From assembly GCA_965216325.1 (NCBI GenBank), contig OZ244160.1:448001-512000 (forward strand): a stretch of 64,000 bases of DNA. Direction: 5' to 3'. The notes beneath the pieces were generated by a model that saw only the letters and a program-made list of their open reading frames with translations, was not told the DNA's origin and searched no databases. A program made the translations under genes and the position numbers. Source of the stretch: Coraliomargarita sp. Its GTDB lineage: Bacteria > Verrucomicrobiota > Verrucomicrobiia > Opitutales > Coraliomargaritaceae. Shown here piece after piece: positions 57,818 through 64,000 of the stretch (positions are counted from its first letter, which is position 1; every line of letters starts with the position of its first letter).

Positions 57818-60178
57818 ATGCGATTGTCCAAATCCCTGATCCGCCCTTTGTTCTGTCTCTGCTGCTTGTTCAGCGGAGCTTTTTTGTATGCGCAGCAAGA
57901 GGCGTCGCAATCTTACCCGCTGATCGAAGAGATCACGCTGGAGTTCGATGGCTTCCAGTCTGTCAGTGACGAGTATGTGTTCAATCACATCCAGTTGCGT
58001 GAGGGGATGAACTACAATCCGGCGCTGGTGGATCAGTCGATTCGTAGCCTCTACAATACCAATTACTTCGAGTATGTTGAGTTGGTCGTAAACGATGCCG
58101 AGGGCGGGGCGATCGATGTGGTGATCAAGCTGATCCCGAAATACACCATCGGAAAGATCGTCTACAACGGTAATGAGGCCTATAAGAACAGTCGCCTTGC
58201 AAACAAGGGAGAGCTCGAAGTGGGCACTTCCCTTGACGAGTATGAGGTTAACGAAGCCGCCGAACGTATTGAAGCCTATTACGTTGAGAAGGGGTATTCC
58301 GATGCTGCGGTTGATTACCGAATCTCACGCGATCGCGATACCGGCTATGCGACTGTATTCTTCGATATTGAAGAGAGCACTAAGGTGAAAATCACCAAGA
58401 TTTTCTTCGATGGCAACGAGTCCTTCAAAGACAGCAAGCTGCGTAAGGTGCTTCAGACCAAAAAGAGCAATTGGCTGTCATGGATCACGGGTGACGGTAA
58501 ATTCGATGAGATTAAGTTTAAGGAGGACCTTGAACTACTGAGACAGTTCTATCGCAACGAAGGTTACTTGGATGTTAAAGTCGATGAGTCTGAAATCGAT
58601 ATGGTATTCAAGACCGAGAAGAAGATGCATCTGACAATTGCGGTGCACGAAGGTAAGCAATACTCGCTCGGCGAGATGAGTGTCGAAGGTGCAACCATCT
58701 TTACTGAAGGTGAGCTCCTCAATGCAGTTAAAATTCAGCCTGGAGAAGCCTTCTCTCCGGCTGGTATCGACGATGCGGCCACTGCAGTGCGTGAGTATTT
58801 TACTTCTCGCGGTTATCTGGAAACCCGTGTGCGTGCGGAACGTGTTTCCAATATGGAGACCCGTGAGATCGACGTGGTTTTCCGTGTGCGTGAGAGTGAG
58901 AAGTTCTATGTCGAATCGATCAAGATCGAGGGTAACACCAAGACGAAGTCGAAGGTCATCATCCGTGAGCTGGCCCTACGTCCAGGCGATGTGTTCGACA
59001 TGACACGCATGGACACTAGCCAGCGTCGTTTGCAGAATACCCGTTTCTTTGAAGATGTTCGTCTCAACCCCGAAGATACCAACATTCCGGGCCGTAAAGA
59101 CCTGAGTGTTGCCGTTCGCGAAGGGCGCACCGGTAGTTTCTCATTCGGTGCCGGTTTTGGTTCGGTCGAAAGTGCAGTGGTCTTCTTCGAGATGCGTCAG
59201 GGTAACTTTGACCTCTTCAACTGGCGCTCCGGTTTCCAAGGCGATGGCCAGAAGTTCCGTGTCCGTGCTTCGATCGGCACGGATAGTAATCAGATCCTGA
59301 TCGCCTTCGAAGAGCCGTGGTTGTTCGAACAGCGTTTGGCTTTCGGTGTTGAGCTCTTCCGCACAGAGTCTGACTTCCAAAGTAGTGAGTATAACGAACT
59401 GCGCACTGGTTTTGAGCTTTATCTGCGCCGTCGTCTGTTCGAATTGGTCGAAGCACGTTTGTCGTATCGTCTGGAGTCGGTTGAGATTAAGGATGTGGAT
59501 AAGGGAACTTATCCAGATGCTGATGATGGCATTGCGGATGTTTTTCAGGAGGCTGTAGGTAAGGATGTTGTATCCAAGGTAGGATTAACACTGCTCCGGG
59601 ATACGCGTGATTCTTTGCTGTTCACACGTAAAGGTAATCGCACCACAGTTCTTAACGAGTGGGCCGGCCTTGGTGGTGATGTGGATTACTACAAGTTTGA
59701 GACCCGCACCGCCCACTATATTCCTACGTTTGACTACCTCGATCAGACGTTCTCGATTATTGGTCGCTTAGGCACAGCTATCCCATATGGCAGTAGCGAT
59801 GATGTTCCATTCTACGACCGTTTCTACCTCGGTGGTCCGGACACGCTTCGTGGTTATGACTATCGTGATGTTAGTCCGCGTGATGCTGACGACGAGGACG
59901 AAGCAATTGGTGGTAACACTTACGGTCTGCTCTCCTTTGAATATACTTTCCGTGTGGCGGAACCTTTGGGCTTCGCGCTTTTCTATGATGCTGGTTTCGT
60001 GAACGAAGATGATACAGATTTCAGCACGTCTGATTACGCGGACAACTGGGGGGTCGGTGTGCGTTTGATGATGTTGGGCTCTCCGTTGAAGCTTGATTTG
60101 GGCTTCCCGATCTCAAATCCGGACTACGTCGATGCCAGCGGTTCGCAATTTCACTTTTCGTTTGGCACGCGCTTCTAA
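57818..60178 (+). CDS. bamA: Outer membrane protein assembly factor BamA
   Basis: POTRA repeats, FYLGG..LRGY, C-terminal FSFGTRF. Confidence 0.96.
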   Translation: MRLSKSLIRPLFCLCCLFSGAFLYAQQEASQSYPLIEEITLEFDGFQSVSDEYVFNHIQLREGMNYNPALVDQSIRSLYNTNYFEYVELVVNDAEGGAIDVVIKLIPKYTIGKIVYNGNEAYKNSRLANKGELEVGTSLDEYEVNEAAERIEAYYVEKGYSDAAVDYRISRDRDTGYATVFFDIEESTKVKITKIFFDGNESFKDSKLRKVLQTKKSNWLSWITGDGKFDEIKFKEDLELLRQFYRNEGYLDVKVDESEIDMVFKTEKKMHLTIAVHEGKQYSLGEMSVEGATIFTEGELLNAVKIQPGEAFSPAGIDDAATAVREYFTSRGYLETRVRAERVSNMETREIDVVFRVRESEKFYVESIKIEGNTKTKSKVIIRELALRPGDVFDMTRMDTSQRRLQNTRFFEDVRLNPEDTNIPGRKDLSVAVREGRTGSFSFGAGFGSVESAVVFFEMRQGNFDLFNWRSGFQGDGQKFRVRASIGTDSNQILIAFEEPWLFEQRLAFGVELFRTESDFQSSEYNELRTGFELYLRRRLFELVEARLSYRLESVEIKDVDKGTYPDADDGIADVFQEAVGKDVVSKVGLTLLRDTRDSLLFTRKGNRTTVLNEWAGLGGDVDYYKFETRTAHYIPTFDYLDQTFSIIGRLGTAIPYGSSDDVPFYDRFYLGGPDTLRGYDYRDVSPRDADDEDEAIGGNTYGLLSFEYTFRVAEPLGFALFYDAGFVNEDDTDFSTSDYADNWGVGVRLMMLGSPLKLDLGFPISNPDYVDASGSQFHFSFGTRF

Positions 60179-60236
60179 CGCTGTTTAATACGCAGCCACT
60201 TTCATCACTACAACTAATACGATTATCTCACACATA

Positions 60237-60830
60237 ATGAAAAAGATCTCTCTCACATTCTTGGCTTCCATTTTCGCGATTTCTTCGCTGGTAGGCCAAT
60301 CGACTCTCGGCTCCGTTGATATGCCTAAGCTGTTGAACGGCTATGAAGCGTATCAATCCGCAAAGGAAAAGTATCAGGGTGCAATCGCTCCAGCTGAAGA
60401 GGAACTGAAGAACGCGCAAGTGCTCTTGGGCGAAATGCGTGATAAGGGCCAAGAGTTGGAAGCTAAGGTGGCGAACCCTGCACTCAGTGAAGACGCGATT
60501 GCCGCGGCCAAGGAGGAGCTTGCTCAATTGACTGTTGAATTCCGTCAAAAGGGTGCTCAGTTCCAGCAATTCCAACAGCAGGCTCAGGCTCTACGCAACC
60601 AAAGCCGCCAGAAGATTCTGCTGCCACTCGAGCTCAAGGCGCGTCAGGCATGCATGACGGTTGCTAAGGATAAGGGCATCGATTTGCTCGTTGAATCCTC
60701 TGAGGTAACTGTAAAGGAAAGTGAAGAAAGCTCCTTCACCGTCTTCCGTGGCACTGTGATCTTTGCTTCTGAAGATATTGATGTTACCGATGCGGTCATT
60801 GCTTTGCTCAATGCTGAAGCCGCTGAGTAA
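60237..60830 (+). CDS. skp: OmpH/Skp periplasmic chaperone
   Basis: Signal peptide, GSVDM, coiled coil, DVTDAVI; bamA-skp-lpxD synteny. Confidence 0.88.
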   Translation: MKKISLTFLASIFAISSLVGQSTLGSVDMPKLLNGYEAYQSAKEKYQGAIAPAEEELKNAQVLLGEMRDKGQELEAKVANPALSEDAIAAAKEELAQLTVEFRQKGAQFQQFQQQAQALRNQSRQKILLPLELKARQACMTVAKDKGIDLLVESSEVTVKESEESSFTVFRGTVIFASEDIDVTDAVIALLNAEAAE

Positions 60831-60854
60831 ATCGGCAGCACCGTGAATTTATCG

Positions 60855-60890
<36 letters not shown>

Positions 60891-60900
60891 CATCACAGCC

Positions 60901-61980
60901 ATGAATTTTGATTATTCAATCGAGCGTCTGTTGCAAATCGTAGGTGAGGGGGCCGAATGTGTGGGAGACTATGTGGGCACGATTCGTGGAATCGCCTCAC
61001 TCTCCGAGGCTGAGGCTGGAGATCTATCCTTCCTTGGAAATCCGAAATACCGCAAAGAGGTTGAAAGCAGTGACGCGTCAGTGCTGCTATTGCCCAAAGA
61101 TTATTCGGAGGAGCCTAAAGCTGGCCAACTTCAGATACGCCTCGACAATCCATCGTTTGCGCTGGCACTCATCTGCCGCGATATGGAATTGAGTCTTGAG
61201 CCGATGCCCGAGCCAGGTGTGCATCCGACTGCTGTGATCGAGGAGGGCGCGGAAGTTTCGCCGCAAGCGAGCATTGGTGCATTTTGCTATATTGGTCCAG
61301 ATGCGAAGATAGGTGCTGCGGTGTTAATGAGCCATGTCTCTGTCGGGCGTTCCGCGAGTGTGGGAGATGCGTCTATCTTATTTTCGCGAGTGGTGGTTGG
61401 TAATTACAGTCAGATCGGGCCGCGGAATCGCATTCAAGCGGGAGCGGTAATTGGCTCCGACGGCTATGGTTACGAGTTTCATGAAGGAGCACATCAGCGC
61501 GTTCCGCAAATTGGTCGTGTGGTGACTGAGGCCGACGTGGATATTGGTGCCAATACGACTTTGGATCGTGCGCGTTTCGGTTCGACGATTATCGGAGCTG
61601 GCACCAAAATCGATAATCAGGTGCAAATCGCCCATAATGTTCGTATTGGCAAACATTGCCTGATTGTGGCTCAGGTAGGCATTAGTGGTAGCACAACCTT
61701 GGGCAATGGGGTGGTTGTTGCCGGTCAAGCAGGCATTGCAGGGCATTTGGAAATCGGAGATGGCGTCATGATTGCCGGTGGGGCTGCGGTGACTCGCTCC
61801 TTGAAGCCAAAGGAAGCTGTGCGTGGTTCTCCATGCGAACCGATGATGCTCGCCAACCGTATTGCGGTGCTGCAGCGAAAGTTACCGGATCTTTTCAAAA
61901 GGTTTGATCAAGTAGAGAAAACTGTGAAAGCTCTCGACCCTTCCAGTCCCATCCCGAACACAGCAAATGAGTCAAAATAA
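60901..61980 (+). CDS. lpxD: UDP-3-O-acyl-glucosamine N-acyltransferase
   Basis: Hexapeptide repeats, GSDGYG, PQIG, IGANTTLDR, KIDNQVQIAHN. Confidence 0.96.
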   Translation: MNFDYSIERLLQIVGEGAECVGDYVGTIRGIASLSEAEAGDLSFLGNPKYRKEVESSDASVLLLPKDYSEEPKAGQLQIRLDNPSFALALICRDMELSLEPMPEPGVHPTAVIEEGAEVSPQASIGAFCYIGPDAKIGAAVLMSHVSVGRSASVGDASILFSRVVVGNYSQIGPRNRIQAGAVIGSDGYGYEFHEGAHQRVPQIGRVVTEADVDIGANTTLDRARFGSTIIGAGTKIDNQVQIAHNVRIGKHCLIVAQVGISGSTTLGNGVVVAGQAGIAGHLEIGDGVMIAGGAAVTRSLKPKEAVRGSPCEPMMLANRIAVLQRKLPDLFKRFDQVEKTVKALDPSSPIPNTANESK

Positions 61981-62917
61981 ACTGAAGATTTTCACCGGTA
62001 ATTCGAATCCGGATCTCGCCAAGGAGATCTGTGGCATTCTTAACGAGCCGCTTGGTAAGGCCACAGTGATTCGCTTCCCTGATGGTGAGAGCTTTGTTCG
62101 CTACGATGAGAATATTCGCGGCGCTGACGTGTTTATTATTCAATCTAGCAACAACCCCGCCAATGAGAATTTGATGGAGTTGTTTATTATGATTGATGCG
62201 GCTCGTCGTGCGTCGGCGAAACGTATCACTGCAGTGATTCCATTCTTCGGTTATGCGCGTCAGGACCGTAAAGATCAGCCTCGTGTGCCAATTACTTCGA
62301 AGCTCGTTGCGAATTTACTGGTTTCTGCGGGCGCGAACCGCGTGCTGACCGTTGATTTGCACGCGCAGCAAATTCAGGGCTTCTTTGATATTCCGGTCGA
62401 CCACCTCTATGCGTCCCCCGTGCTCTTCCAGTATCTGAAGAATATTGATACCTCGAACCTGACTCTGTTTGCGCCTGATGTAGGTGGTATGAAAATGGCG
62501 TCTGCCTATGCGGAGCTCCTCAAGGTGCCGATTGGCTTTATTGCCAAGCGCCGAACTTCTGCCGAAACGGTTGAAGCGACATCGCTGGTGGGAGAGACTG
62601 AAGGGCGCGATATCCTCTTGATCGATGATATGACTGAAACGGCAGGCACGCTTTGTGCCGCTGCTGAGCTGCTTAAGAAGCATGGTGCAAAGAGCGTCAT
62701 GGCGGCAGTGAGCCACGGAGTGCTCAATGATCGTGGCTACGAGCGTTTGTCCAGCGGATTGCTGGATCGTTTGATCACGACCAACACGACTCCGGTTCAG
62801 CAGCGAGATGGCATTCCGATTACCGTGTTGAGTGTGGCGGAACTTTTGAGTGAAGGTATTCGCCGTATTCACGATAATGAGAGTGTCACCGGCCTCTTCG
62901 ACGTGAAGGGCTACTAG
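61967..62917 (+). CDS. prs: Ribose-phosphate pyrophosphokinase
   Basis: FPDGE, GYARQDRK, DLHAQQIQGFF, IDDMTETAGT. Confidence 0.97.
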   Translation: MSQNKLKIFTGNSNPDLAKEICGILNEPLGKATVIRFPDGESFVRYDENIRGADVFIIQSSNNPANENLMELFIMIDAARRASAKRITAVIPFFGYARQDRKDQPRVPITSKLVANLLVSAGANRVLTVDLHAQQIQGFFDIPVDHLYASPVLFQYLKNIDTSNLTLFAPDVGGMKMASAYAELLKVPIGFIAKRRTSAETVEATSLVGETEGRDILLIDDMTETAGTLCAAAELLKKHGAKSVMAAVSHGVLNDRGYERLSSGLLDRLITTNTTPVQQRDGIPITVLSVAELLSEGIRRIHDNESVTGLFDVKGY

Positions 62918-63053
62918 CTCTCGCTAACCGGCTCTAAAATTCTTTTTCAACGAGACGACCGTTTAGTGTCGTCTCGTTTTGTAATTACCCCTGTGGCGCG
63001 CGTAGAAAAAGATCGAAATCTACGTTTCGCCAACAAAACTAGACGACTCGCAC

Positions 63054-64000
63054 ATGTCTCGCATTTATCTATCGCCCCCGGATATTAGTTCTGCCGATCA
63101 CGATTCGGTGGACGCTGTGTTGACTTCAAATTGGGTGGCACCGGTCGGCCCCCATCTTGCTGAGTTTGAACAGCAAGTGTCCAATCGAGTGGGGCGTCAG
63201 CGTGCGGTCGCGTTGAATTCTGGGACGGCGGCCCTACATCTGGCTTTGCGCGTGCTTGGAATTGGTCCGGGGGACGCAGTTATCTGTCCGAGCTTAACCT
63301 TTGCCGCGAGCGCGAACCCGATTTGTTATTGTGGCGCGGATCCCATTTTTGTGGATAGCGAGCAGCAGACTTGGAACCTCGATCCGAAACTTCTGGAGCA
63401 GGCCTTGAAGGAATGCCCGAATGTCAAAGCGGTGATTGTAGTGCACCTGTATGGACAGTGTGCTCAAATGGATCATATTCTTGAGCTGTGTAAACGTTAT
63501 GAGGTTGCTTTGATTGAAGATGCTGCTGAGGCACTTGGTGCGAGCTATCAAGGCCAAGCGGCAGGATCGTTTGGTGAGTTCTCGTTCTTTTCATTTAACG
63601 GCAATAAGATCATTACCACTTCCGGGGGGGGGATGTTGCTCGCAGATAAAAAGGAATGGATCGATGAAGCCTTGTATCTGGCGACACAGGCTCGCGAGCC
63701 GGTTGCGCACTATGAGCATAAGGAGATCGGCTTTAACTATCGTTTGAGCAATGTGCTGGCCGGTTTGGGAATCAGCCAGTTGGCAGACCTTGAACGCCGA
63801 GTGGCAGTGCGTAAGCAGCATTTCGACGCATATGCTGGAGCGTTTGCGGATATCGATCCGATTGAAATGATGCCGGTCTCGGAGCAGGGCTGCGCGAATT
63901 ACTGGCTCAGTTGCCTCACATTGGAATCGAGTGAGAGTGGCCCGACACGTGATCAAGTGATACAGGCATTGGCGGATGCGGATATTGAGGCTCGGCCGCT
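63054..64000 (+). CDS. DegT/DnrJ/EryC1/StrS aminotransferase, runs off the window
   Basis: Hand translation from ATG 63054: MSRIYLSPP..WVAPVGP..NSGTAALHLAL..EDAAEALG..SFNGNKIITTSGGG. Confidence 0.92.
   Translation, partial: MSRIYLSPPDISSADHDSVDAVLTSNWVAPVGPHLAEFEQQVSNRVGRQRAVALNSGTAALHLALRVLGIGPGDAVICPSLTFAASANPICYCGADPIFVDSEQQTWNLDPKLLEQALKECPNVKAVIVVHLYGQCAQMDHILELCKRYEVALIEDAAEALGASYQGQAAGSFGEFSFFSFNGNKIITTSGGGMLLADKKEWIDEALYLATQAREPVAHYEHKEIGFNYRLSNVLAGLGISQLADLERRVAVRKQHFDAYAGAFADIDPIEMMPVSEQGCANYWLSCLTLESSESGPTRDQVIQALADADIEARP

Overview
The window comes from a Verrucomicrobiota genome, probably Opitutales-like, judged from the PEP-CTERM genes, the Verrucomicrobia-type PilX-like giant protein and the gene order. 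It has two parts. Positions ~52.2-64 kb are core genome: pilC, rplY-pth-rpsF-ssb-rplI-dnaB-bamA-skp-lpxD-prs and a DegT aminotransferase. Positions 1-52.1 kb are accessory DNA ending at a duplicated tRNA 3' end (att-like, 52115-52134). The accessory part carries carbohydrate genes (sulfatase, GH63-like, GH127-like, ThuA, epimerase, Gfo/Idh/MocA), a NarL-type two-component system, three giant modular secreted proteins, seven intact PEP-CTERM genes plus one remnant, a HipBA pair and IS/MITE debris. Three unexplained structures stand out. (1) A 20-bp palindrome, consensus ACACGGTCRATTGACCGTGT, occurs 12 times, nearly always fused to a -35 box upstream of an island gene, which suggests an island-wide regulon. 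(2) A directional repeat, GTGTTTTTAGGGACAGGCTATAA(AAAGAGTC), occurs 13 times in 15.1-20.6 kb at duplication and truncation breakpoints and divides the PEP-CTERM array into cassette-like modules. (3) Domain swapping is extensive: PEP-CTERM genes have identical flanks but unrelated middles switching at the PEP codons, a PEP-CTERM-type domain is inserted in frame into two giant proteins with an empty site in a paralog, and LamG-like modules are shuffled between tandem paralogs. Together these suggest a co-regulated surface-protein diversification locus. No recombinase is encoded in the window, so the mechanism is inferred, not shown.
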